This document shows positions 1 to 8,460 of a DNA stretch of 64,000 nt, piece after piece. This DNA comes from Verrucomicrobiia bacterium (lineage in GTDB: Bacteria > Verrucomicrobiota > Verrucomicrobiia > Limisphaerales > UBA1319), in assembly GCA_963664225.1 (NCBI GenBank), contig OY760937.1:5440001-5504000 (forward strand), given 5' to 3'. How positions within the stretch are numbered: the stretch's first letter is position 1; every line of letters begins with the position of its first letter. Made by a program: the position numbers and the translations under genes. The notes beneath the pieces are model-generated. The model ran no database searches, was not told where the DNA came from, and was given only the letters and a program-made list of their open reading frames with translations.

Positions 1-1308
1 GGGACGGCTGATTCCCAATTCCGTGGCCGCCTTGCTGATGTTGCCATTGTTCCGGCGCAGGGCTTGTTGGATCATGGTTAATTCCAATCCTTCCCGCGCT
101 TCCTTGAGGCTGCGGGCCATGCTGTTTTCCACAGAATCGGTTAATTCAAGATTGGCGGCTGTGACCCATTTTCCATCGGACATGATGACGGCGCGTTTGA
201 CGCGATTCTCAAGCTCCCTGACGTTTCCCGGCCAGTGGTAACATTGAAGAGCGCGCAGGGCGTCCTGGCTGAATTTTTGGTTTTCCTTCTTACTTTGCGC
301 GGCAAAGGCTTGCAGGAAGGTCTGCGCCAGAATGAGCACATCGTTCTTGCGTTCCCGCAACGGAGGTAATTTCAGGACGACGACCGCGAGCCTGTAATAG
401 AGATCCTCCCTGAATCTGGCTTCCTGCATGGCGCGTTTGAGGTCGGTATTGGTGGCGGCGATGACACGGGCATCCACGGGGATTTTTTCACGGCCACCGA
501 CGCGTTCGATGTATAGTTCCTGAAGGTAGCGCAGGATTTTGACCTGGAGATGGGAGGGCAGTTCGCCGATTTCATCCAGGAAGAGTGTGCCGCCCGAGGC
601 GGTTTCAATGCGTCCGCGACGTTGCACATGCGCGCCCGTGAAGGAGCCTTTTTCGTGTCCAAACAACTCGCTTTCCAGAAGGTTTTCCGGAATGGCCCCG
701 CAATTGATGGCTACAAACGGGCCGTCTTTGCGCGGGCTGGAACGGTGAATGGCCTGGGCCGCCATTTCCTTTCCGGTGCCGCTCTCTCCCAGGATCAGGA
801 CCGGCGCGTCTGTCGTGGCGACTTTGCGAATCTGGGCGAAAACCTCCTGCATCAGGGGGCCGGCGCCAAGCATCCCTTCAAAGGAGTCCGGTCCGAGCCG
901 CTGCTCCATTTCGTGGAAATCCTTTTCGAGACGGGCGACATGGATGGCCCGTTTAAGAATGACGGCCAGTTCGGTCATATCCACCGGTTTGCAAAGAAAA
1001 TCATAGGCCCCATGCCCGATGGCCTGGAGGGCGTTATCTTTTTCGGACTGGCCGGTGATCATGATGATTTTGGCGCGAGAATCCCGGGCGAGCAGATCGG
1101 CGAGGGTGTTGAATCCCTCCTTGCCGTCGGCGGGATTGGGAGGCAGGCCCAGGTCCAGCAGAACGACGATGGGGTGATGTTCCTGATATCTGGCCAGGGC
1201 GGAGGCGCGGTCTTCAGCGAGCGAAACATCGTAATTCTCAGCGAGGGCCCACTTCATTTGCGAGCGTATGTCTTCATCATCATCCACGATGAGCAGGTGC
1301 GGTTTCAT
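1..1308 (-). CDS. prsR: PEP-CTERM-box sigma-54-dependent response regulator (receiver + AAA+ + Fis HTH), 3' end truncated by window edge
   Basis: Absent from the ORF track because it runs off the edge. Manual translation from ATG 1308 gives MKPHLLIVDDDEDIRSQMKWAL, then GESGTGKE, GSFTGA, WPGNVRELEN and NISKAATELGISRP. Lies directly after prsK. Confidence 0.9.
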   Translation of the reverse strand, partial: MKPHLLIVDDDEDIRSQMKWALAENYDVSLAEDRASALARYQEHHPIVVLLDLGLPPNPADGKEGFNTLADLLARDSRAKIIMITGQSEKDNALQAIGHGAYDFLCKPVDMTELAVILKRAIHVARLEKDFHEMEQRLGPDSFEGMLGAGPLMQEVFAQIRKVATTDAPVLILGESGTGKEMAAQAIHRSSPRKDGPFVAINCGAIPENLLESELFGHEKGSFTGAHVQRRGRIETASGGTLFLDEIGELPSHLQVKILRYLQELYIERVGGREKIPVDARVIAATNTDLKRAMQEARFREDLYYRLAVVVLKLPPLRERKNDVLILAQTFLQAFAAQSKKENQKFSQDALRALQCYHWPGNVRELENRVKRAVIMSDGKWVTAANLELTDSVENSMARSLKEAREGLELTMIQQALRRNNGNISKAATELGISRP

Positions 1309-1309
1309 G

Positions 1310-3421
1310 TTAGTTGTGATGGAGTGGAAGCATTATTTTAAACGTGGTTCCCCGGTCTGGTTCGCTTTGCACCTCAATTTTTCCCTGATGCGCGTCGAGG
1401 ATCATTTTGCTATGGAACATGCCGATTCCAATTCCTTTTTTCTTGGTGGTTTGAAAAGGGCGAAAGAGCGAATTGCGCATGAACTCCGCGCTCATGCCGC
1501 AGCCGTTGTCGCTGACGGATACAATGGCCCATCCGTTCTGGCGCCCGGTTTCGACATGGATCTCTCCTCCTTTTCCCAAGGCGTCGCGGGCGTTAAGAAT
1601 CAGATTGGTAATCACGCTTTGAATCTGGCCGGGATCGATCATGACAGGCGGCGTTGGAGACAGGTTTTTAACGAGAGTGATTCCAGGCATTTCATGCAAA
1701 CCAGCCAGGGCGGCGTTTGCGATCAGGCCAAGGTCGGTTTCCACGGGGTGAAGCTTTAGTTCCTTGCGCAACAAACTCAGGCGCTCAATCAGCTCATTGA
1801 TATGGTTGACACTGCGACCGACCGCCCTTAGCGCGTCCGCCCGGAATTCGGGATCGTCAAAATGCAGCGGAAGGTTTTGGAGCATCAAGGAAAGAGTGGC
1901 GGCGGTGTTCTTGAGGTCATGGACAAAGAAAGCCGACATGGTCTGAAAGGCCTCCATCTCCCGGGCCTGCAGGAGACGGTGCGAAAGATGGATGTTTAAT
2001 AAATTACTGGCGATCTGGTCTCCCAGGCATTTGAGGAGATCGAGGTCTTCCGTCGAATAGGCAAGCCCGCCAACCCGGTCCCAGACGGTCATGATTCCAA
2101 GCAGTTGTCCCCCCGCCGAAAGGGCCGCGCACAGATGTCCACCGCCTTTGCCGTAAATATCCGGATTAATTTTATTCAACAGGGCATAACGCGCGTCATT
2201 TCCCTGGGCAATGTCGATTGGATGGGACTGCCTGGAAGCAGCCTGGAGAAGGGTGGCGACCTTCTCCAGAGGCAGGTGAAATTCCAGCGCGGCGGCTTCG
2301 GTGATCGAGGTTGACGCGCCGAAAACAAGGCGCTGATTCTGCGAATCGACGAGCCAAATTGTCACTGAGAGGGCATGGAATGTTTCGGAAACCAACTGCG
2401 TGGTGGTTCGACAGAGGGACGGGCTGTCCATGATGGTGGCGGTTCGTCCGGTGAAGGCGCGCCAAATCTGCCTGTAATCATAAATTGAGCGTTTAAAATG
2501 GCGGCTGACGAAGCGTTTGGTTTGTTGTTGGAAACGGTCGGAAAGGAGAAGCAGGCCGCAAAGAACGACCGCCAATAACATGATGAATGCCTCGATCGGG
2601 AATGATGCGCTGCCGCCCCAATGGGCGACTACTTTGGCGAAGACTCCAACGATCAGCAAATAAAGACCGGCAAAAATGACCGTCAACGACCGGTGCAGAA
2701 CGCTTAATGAGGGATACAGATCGAGCGTGATGGCTTGGGTGCGCAGGAGCGCCACGGTGATCAATCCCGAGGCGAGGACCACGGAGACGGCCTGCGCCGA
2801 TTTGATTGAGAGGCCATAGGAAGAAAACAAGACGACCTGACTGCTGACATAAAACCTAAAAATAAACAGCACTCCCAAGCCCAGCATCATGAATTTGATG
2901 CGCCAGCGCATGGTGCCGACAGCGGCCTGAAACGTGCGCTCCAGGTTCATGAGAATCAGGACCGAGGCGACCAGAAAAATGAAATGGAGGGCGACTCCCG
3001 TGGAACTTAGATTCAAATTCAATTCCCCCGAAGGCATTGTCCGCAGATCGCGAAACAAGGGGTGGAACGGCAGGGATAGAACGATGGCCAGGGGCAACGC
3101 GAAGGCCAGGATCAGCGGCAGTCTCCATTTTTTGATGAAATCAAGGTGGTTTCCCCGGGAATAACTCAAGCTGAACAGCAGCCACAATCCCGGTTGGAGG
3201 GCCATTGCGGTCAGATTTAACTTTTGCCACGAAAGGACTGTATCAGGAGAAAGGGCCATCAGGCTCATGGCATCGAAACACGATTCGGAAGCCAGCAGAA
3301 ACATGCCGCCGGCGAAAGTCAAATTGGCCAGGGAACGCATGCCAGGCCGGAGAGCTGCAACGGCCAGGGCAAGCGCGCAACAGGCTGCCGCCACGACAAG
3401 TATAACGGAAATGGCTGTCAT
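1310..3421 (-). CDS. prsK: PEP-CTERM system histidine kinase (multi-TM N-terminus, GAF-like, HisKA, HATPase)
   Basis: 703 aa with about 8 TM segments, AFFVHDLKN H-box, NLILNARDA, DNGCGM, LFRPFQTTKKKGIGIG. Paired with a sigma-54 response regulator next to EPS export genes. Confidence 0.9.
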   Translation of the reverse strand: MTAISVILVVAAACCALALAVAALRPGMRSLANLTFAGGMFLLASESCFDAMSLMALSPDTVLSWQKLNLTAMALQPGLWLLFSLSYSRGNHLDFIKKWRLPLILAFALPLAIVLSLPFHPLFRDLRTMPSGELNLNLSSTGVALHFIFLVASVLILMNLERTFQAAVGTMRWRIKFMMLGLGVLFIFRFYVSSQVVLFSSYGLSIKSAQAVSVVLASGLITVALLRTQAITLDLYPSLSVLHRSLTVIFAGLYLLIVGVFAKVVAHWGGSASFPIEAFIMLLAVVLCGLLLLSDRFQQQTKRFVSRHFKRSIYDYRQIWRAFTGRTATIMDSPSLCRTTTQLVSETFHALSVTIWLVDSQNQRLVFGASTSITEAAALEFHLPLEKVATLLQAASRQSHPIDIAQGNDARYALLNKINPDIYGKGGGHLCAALSAGGQLLGIMTVWDRVGGLAYSTEDLDLLKCLGDQIASNLLNIHLSHRLLQAREMEAFQTMSAFFVHDLKNTAATLSLMLQNLPLHFDDPEFRADALRAVGRSVNHINELIERLSLLRKELKLHPVETDLGLIANAALAGLHEMPGITLVKNLSPTPPVMIDPGQIQSVITNLILNARDALGKGGEIHVETGRQNGWAIVSVSDNGCGMSAEFMRNSLFRPFQTTKKKGIGIGMFHSKMILDAHQGKIEVQSEPDRGTTFKIMLPLHHN

Positions 3422-3503
3422 TATCTGGACAAAACTCCCACCGGGCCGCTCCGGTTCCTGATTGACTTTCCTGGTTGGCGAATAGCGCGCCTGAGTGCGG
3501 TTT

Positions 3504-4634
3504 TTATCGCGTCGGCGGGGTGAAACTCACGCTGGTGCCCACAGGGGCCGCCCCTTTAATAACCGCATTGCGGCCTTCATTGACGGCGATCGTGCTGACA
3601 AATTGGTTCAGGATCTGATCGCCAAAGATACCCAGTTTGCGATATGGCGCGAAGGGCACATAGACGATGTCGCCGGGTTCCAGACGGACATCCCTGGCCT
3701 GGCCCCGGAAAACGCGTCCAAAATCAACAATGGCGATTCGTGGATTGGCCAGAGAGCCGCGAAGAACCGCGACATGGCTCACATAAGCGTAGGGAATGGT
3801 ACCGCCGACGCTGCTGATGGCGCCCACCAGCGAGGTTGGCTCGGTATAGGGGATCGCATTGGGCATGGCCACCGCGCCCATGACATAAACGGTGCGCGCC
3901 ACCGCCGAGCGCAGATAGACAAAGTCGTCCGGCTGCAAATAAATATTCTGGGAGAGGTCGCCCATGCGCAGTAAACGATGGAAATTGACTTTCAACATCT
4001 GGCCGCCCCGCATGACGAAACTGTTCTGCAGGTCTGCGGTTTCCTCGGAGGAACCCGGTATGCCGGAAATGCCGCCGGCCAGGGCGATGGCTTCGAGGAC
4101 GGTTGTTGGAGTGGCCAGGGAATAGACTCCTGGAGTTTGAACATTGCCCAGAATCCAAAGTCGGCGGCTGCCCACCGCTTTGAGGGTCAAGACGACTTCT
4201 GGCTGCATCCGGACGTATTTGGTCATCTCCTTCTCGAGCATTTGCTTGGTTTCGGCAAGGGTGAGTCCCCATGCGAACATTCCCGGAAGAAGGTTGAAAT
4301 AAATTTTACCATCAGGCCCCACGGTTGTGGTGGTGCGCGACAGCGGATCGCCCAGAAGTTCAATTTCGACGATGTCGCTGGGACCAAGCCGGAATAGATC
4401 GGAGGGTGGCTTGAGCCATTCCGCATGCACCATGTTGGTGGAATCGACGGTGGTGAATGCCTGCTCGTCCAGGGTGGTCATTTTGGGTGGCCGACCAGGA
4501 TCAGCGAGGGCCGCAACCGGTTTGCCATCGGGCGGAGTGGATTGATGAGGGTCAAACCGGGGTCCGTAACTTTGGCATCCAGCAAACAGAGCGAGACCCA
4601 GAAATCCGATGGCCAGGTGTGTGAAGTTTTTCAT
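3504..4634 (-). CDS. Polysaccharide export (OPX/Wza-like) lipoprotein with SLBB domains
   Basis: Lipobox LFAGC; Poly_export motif FRLGPSDIVEI...VGPDGKI; SLBB repeats (ILGNVQTPG, VMGAVAMP, LEPGDIVYVP). Confidence 0.88.
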   Translation of the reverse strand: MKNFTHLAIGFLGLALFAGCQSYGPRFDPHQSTPPDGKPVAALADPGRPPKMTTLDEQAFTTVDSTNMVHAEWLKPPSDLFRLGPSDIVEIELLGDPLSRTTTTVGPDGKIYFNLLPGMFAWGLTLAETKQMLEKEMTKYVRMQPEVVLTLKAVGSRRLWILGNVQTPGVYSLATPTTVLEAIALAGGISGIPGSSEETADLQNSFVMRGGQMLKVNFHRLLRMGDLSQNIYLQPDDFVYLRSAVARTVYVMGAVAMPNAIPYTEPTSLVGAISSVGGTIPYAYVSHVAVLRGSLANPRIAIVDFGRVFRGQARDVRLEPGDIVYVPFAPYRKLGIFGDQILNQFVSTIAVNEGRNAVIKGAAPVGTSVSFTPPTR

Positions 4635-4637
4635 GGG

Positions 4638-7637
4638 CTATTTGAGAAAAGGATCCGCAATCAAAGGCCCGATATTCGCGCCAGTCCAGGTGATGACAGC
4701 GCTCCGGGTAAAGTCTGAGATAACCGATTCGAGTAATTCCGAGGCCTTGGACCACGGCTGCCGATACACATATACGATGTCGCGGGGTTTGAGTTGGAAA
4801 TCGGGTTGTCTGGCATTGTAAATCTTGGAGGCGCTGACCACGAAGGTTTCCGGGTTCTTGAGCGAACCGCGGACAATCAATAGATTGCTCTTGTAGGCCC
4901 TTTCCGTAAAGCCACCGCGGGTAATGATCGCTTTCAGGGCGGTCATATCCGAGGAGTAGGGCGCCACACCGGGGGTTCGCACTTCTCCAAGGACATAGAC
5001 CTCCTGCAAATCCGCAGGAGGGAAGAACAGGTAATCGTCGGGGGCGATGGTTTGATTTTGATTCAAATCGCCCCTCAAAAACAAGGCTTCAAAGTCGATG
5101 TTGACCCTTTGAAACGCGCCATCCGGATTGCGGCGGATCATGAAGCTGCGGGAAAGGTCGGCCAATTGGACCGAGGTGCGTTGTTGGAGAACGCTAGTGA
5201 AGCCGCGGGCGCGGGCGATGGCTTCGACAATCGTTGTGGGGCGGTCGAGCGGAAACACGCCTTTCTGATTCACGTTGCCGAGGATGAAATATTTTTTGCT
5301 GTTGTAGGCGGTGGGTATGATGATGACCCGCACGGAACGATAGAATTTGGACAGGACTTTCTCGAGTTCCACACGCAATTCGTCCACGGTGAGACCCGCT
5401 GCCTGAACATCCTGCGCTTGTAGATAGGTCAGCCGCCCGTCGGGCCCGATAAAAACGCCCAGCTTGGCTGAGTCAGGTTGCTCATAGAGGGAAATGTTCA
5501 AGACATCCCCGGGACCGAGAGTGAGGTGTTTTTGCCAATCCGCCAATTTGTCGGGTCCGGCGGCTGAAAAAGAAATGGTGTTGGTGGGAGCTGTTTCGAC
5601 CGCTGCAACCGGTGCGTTATCCTGGGCGTGAATCCGCATTGGCGTCACCAGACACGCAAGGAGCATTGCGGCCATGCTGGCGGTCGCGCTGAAGCCTTTA
5701 CGCCAGGCAGGCGTTTTTGCATGGTTCAAAACACTACCCACCACGTTGCTGCGCGAAAGACGCAGGGTCTCCAGTTGGGCGCGGGTTTCATCGATGTTGG
5801 CCATATCTTGTCCACATAACCAGATCACCTGGGGCACTTTTTCGGCCAGGAGAACCGATTCGGCTCTGGACGCTGGCGGCAGCTCCACAAAGACGATCAG
5901 GTTTTCCGTTGCGTTCCATTGTTGAAGGGTCGTCCGCCATTGTTCACGACGCTCCAGATTCCATGCCCAGGCAGGCACAGGAATGCGAACCACGGATTTT
6001 TGAGTGGGAGTCATAAGAGCATTGTTGGCTTCAGAGGTGTTTTCCAGTGTGGCAATGGGGCTGTTTTCAACCGGCGCGGCCGGATCGGCATCGAAATCGG
6101 CGCCGTCGGATTGGGGGGCGGCGTCAACGGTGAGCACGCGGTAGCCTTGTTTTCGGGCCGCTTCGGCAAGGAGTTTGATCCAGGTGGAGCGGCCCTCTCC
6201 ATGCGATGAGGAAGTGAATCCGCATACGAGCGCTTCTTCAGTGGTTTTTTTCAAGGTCCCTTTCAGCATCGCAAGGGTTCTGAAGGCCCATTGTTCCCGG
6301 GCATCCTTATTCATTTCCCGCAAATCTCCCAAGGCCGCCAGCACGGGCAAAGGAATGGCCCGCATTAAATCGACTTTGGATCGTATCCGGCGGTCTTTCG
6401 TTTCGACCCAGAGGATCGACAGGATCGCCAAAAGCAGGCCAATCGCCGCCGCCAGCACACTTCCTATTATGGCAGGATTCAGTTTCTGAGACCAGTTTAA
6501 ATCTTCGATTTTGGCCGGTTCAAACAGCCTGTAATAACCCGAGATGGCGGTCTCGAGGAGCTGGATTTCCTGCTGGCGCGTGGAGAGTAAATCCCGATTG
6601 GCTATGAGGGATTGGTAGCGGGATTTTATTTTGGTGTATTCGAGACGCTTTTCGGGCAATCCAGCCAGTTCCTCGCGCAGTTGTTTGATTTCCGCGGTTG
6701 CTTTCTCAAGTTCCCGATTCAATCCGATTTTCTGGCTTCGAAGTTCCACCACGCGCATGTAAAGCGTCCCTGCCATGGTGTTGCTCCAATTCATGCTTCC
6801 AGAAGTGAATTGCGGACCCCGCTCGGCAATCTGACGCTGGATGGCTGTCACGGACGCCCGGAGTTCCTTGATCCTGGGGTGTTCCTCGGTGAACCGTAAA
6901 AGCGCGCTATCCAACGCCTCCTGCGCCGCGAGCAGGGCGGGGGATTGCCGCGTGATTTCCTGCATCAGGTTCGTGATTTGCAGGTCGGTGGTATCGATTT
7001 GAGAGCGGAGTTTATCTGTCTGCATCTCCAAATCGGCCCGATGTTGCAGTCGCGCGGGAGTCTCTTTTTCCAGGTCCACAAAACCAGTTTCTTTTTGATA
7101 CTGGGTCAGTTCCCGATCCGTTGCCGCGAGTTTGGAGTCCATGGCTGAAAGCCTTTGTTTGAGGGCAACGTTGAGGGACTGGACTTCGTTGGATTGAAGA
7201 TTCTGGGCGAGCCTGATCGCCTCGTTCGCGTAGGTGTTGGCCAGTTGGACGGTTTGATCGGGATTCTTTCCCTTCAGACTCAGGGCGATCAGCTCGGTAT
7301 TGGGGACTGCGGTGACCCGGGAGCACGCCTCGATTTCTTCGGGCGTGATCCGCATTCCCGCCTTCGCGGACACATCGCGCAGCAGTCCGGGCGACCTCAT
7401 CAGGTCAATGAGCGTGGGAACTGAGAACTCGCGTAATTTAAAGACTTCACCCTCGTAATTGTAGGTGGTAAAAGCCGGGGGAGCGTTGCGAACCAGTTTG
7501 ACGGTCGCAGTGTGATTGGCCAGGTCAAAACCAGCCACGAATCCGGCAAACGCGGCGAAGCCGGCGACAATAAGAAGCACATGCCATCGTTGCAGGAGGG
7601 CATCGACAAAACGTGCCAAATCCATGCGGTGTTTCAT
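4638..7637 (-). CDS. Fused polysaccharide co-polymerase (Wzc-like, degenerate kinase) + OPX/Wza-like Poly_export/SLBB protein
   Basis: 999 aa. TM1, coiled coil, TM2 followed by DRRIRS, Walker-A-like TSSSHGEGRST, VVGSVLN, a hydrophobic segment, then LGPGDVLNI..IGPDGRL and SLBB repeats. Confidence 0.85.
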   Translation of the reverse strand: MKHRMDLARFVDALLQRWHVLLIVAGFAAFAGFVAGFDLANHTATVKLVRNAPPAFTTYNYEGEVFKLREFSVPTLIDLMRSPGLLRDVSAKAGMRITPEEIEACSRVTAVPNTELIALSLKGKNPDQTVQLANTYANEAIRLAQNLQSNEVQSLNVALKQRLSAMDSKLAATDRELTQYQKETGFVDLEKETPARLQHRADLEMQTDKLRSQIDTTDLQITNLMQEITRQSPALLAAQEALDSALLRFTEEHPRIKELRASVTAIQRQIAERGPQFTSGSMNWSNTMAGTLYMRVVELRSQKIGLNRELEKATAEIKQLREELAGLPEKRLEYTKIKSRYQSLIANRDLLSTRQQEIQLLETAISGYYRLFEPAKIEDLNWSQKLNPAIIGSVLAAAIGLLLAILSILWVETKDRRIRSKVDLMRAIPLPVLAALGDLREMNKDAREQWAFRTLAMLKGTLKKTTEEALVCGFTSSSHGEGRSTWIKLLAEAARKQGYRVLTVDAAPQSDGADFDADPAAPVENSPIATLENTSEANNALMTPTQKSVVRIPVPAWAWNLERREQWRTTLQQWNATENLIVFVELPPASRAESVLLAEKVPQVIWLCGQDMANIDETRAQLETLRLSRSNVVGSVLNHAKTPAWRKGFSATASMAAMLLACLVTPMRIHAQDNAPVAAVETAPTNTISFSAAGPDKLADWQKHLTLGPGDVLNISLYEQPDSAKLGVFIGPDGRLTYLQAQDVQAAGLTVDELRVELEKVLSKFYRSVRVIIIPTAYNSKKYFILGNVNQKGVFPLDRPTTIVEAIARARGFTSVLQQRTSVQLADLSRSFMIRRNPDGAFQRVNIDFEALFLRGDLNQNQTIAPDDYLFFPPADLQEVYVLGEVRTPGVAPYSSDMTALKAIITRGGFTERAYKSNLLIVRGSLKNPETFVVSASKIYNARQPDFQLKPRDIVYVYRQPWSKASELLESVISDFTRSAVITWTGANIGPLIADPFLK

Positions 7638-7767
7638 CCGGTTGATGGAGTGCTTACGAGGTCATTCCCATGGTAATGCATTGAAACAGGCCCCTTCTGG
7701 TCGAGTTCCTTCTAATGGGATTTCTCGAATCCGATAACTCATTGCGATCGTTGGTGATGCAAATTAT

Positions 7768-7795
7768 ATTATATATCAATGCCACATCATTTCAA
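7768..7795 (-). promoter_or_regulatory. Possible sigma-70 promoter for the EPS/prsKR operon
   Basis: Minus strand TTGAAA-N16-TATAAT about 130 nt upstream of ATG 7637. The region is AT-rich, so a chance match is possible. Confidence 0.45.
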
Positions 7796-8036
7796 TCTGT
7801 CAATTTTGAAATCAAATATTATTGCGAATACATGCTATTTCGAGATACGCACCAGATGGTTGGGGAACGGCAAAGCCAAACAAAGGTTGATCACGGGCGC
7901 CTTTCCGTTGGAAACCGAGAGGCCGATAGAAATCGGCCCTTCGGTACATCCCCGCAGGCAGGTTAGAAAAAACAACTTCAACTGGAATAGCAAGTCAAGT
8001 AATATATCAAAGACCCAGTTGGCCGTAATCAACATT

Positions 8037-8052
8037 AGCAATATGTGTGCCA
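8037..8052 (-). promoter_or_regulatory. Sigma-54 (-24/-12) promoter
   Basis: Minus strand TGGCAC-ACATA-TTGCT matches the TGGCAC-N5-TTGCW consensus and points at the operon encoding a sigma-54 activator. Confidence 0.85.
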
Positions 8053-8151
8053 TTACCAAAAAAAACGGTTAATAATAACGCAACATGTTAATGATTAGGC
8101 ACAAGAAACACAACCATAACGGTGTTAAGAATGCTCATGACAATATTATAA

Positions 8152-8168
8152 TGTAAAAAAAACTTACA
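8152..8168. promoter_or_regulatory. Putative enhancer (UAS) box 1, candidate PrsR site
   Basis: TGTAA-aaaaaac-TTACA palindrome 100 bp upstream of the sigma-54 site. Confidence 0.65.
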
Positions 8169-8265
8169 TCAATAGATTGGCAGGATTTCCGAAATCGGCT
8201 AAAAATATTACGTAAATAACTGGTTATGAATAGGATGTGACTAATTGATTCAGGAGTGGGTAGTT

Positions 8266-8282
8266 TGTAAAACATCCTTACA
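8266..8282. promoter_or_regulatory. Putative enhancer (UAS) box 2, candidate PrsR site
   Basis: TGTAA-aacatcc-TTACA with the same spacing as box 1, followed by an extra TTTACA half-site. Confidence 0.65.
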
Positions 8283-8460
8283 CATTTACATTAACTGAAG
8301 TGCCCGTTTCATAATTGCGCGACCCCATTCTCATTGGAGTATTGCAACCATGATTTCTTCAAGGGATTCGTTCAAAATAACCAGTATTTACGGATTCCGT
8401 TTTCGATGGTAGTCTGAGTGCCGAATCCCAATATCAGCAAACACGCAATCGGCCAAACAT

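Noticed and set aside
550..1341. 263-aa plus-strand ORF
   Set aside because: Antisense shadow of prsR, which has all the sigma-54 activator motifs on the minus strand.
7861..7900. GAACGGCAAAGCC resembling a c-di-GMP-I riboswitch segment
   Set aside because: It is on the wrong strand for the EPS leader, and the upstream GGCAAA/GAAA-tetraloop stem is missing.
7835..8072. Short ORFs (74 aa minus, 97 aa plus) in the AT-rich spacer
   Set aside because: They overlap the sigma-54 promoter, have no recognisable motifs and have atypical composition.
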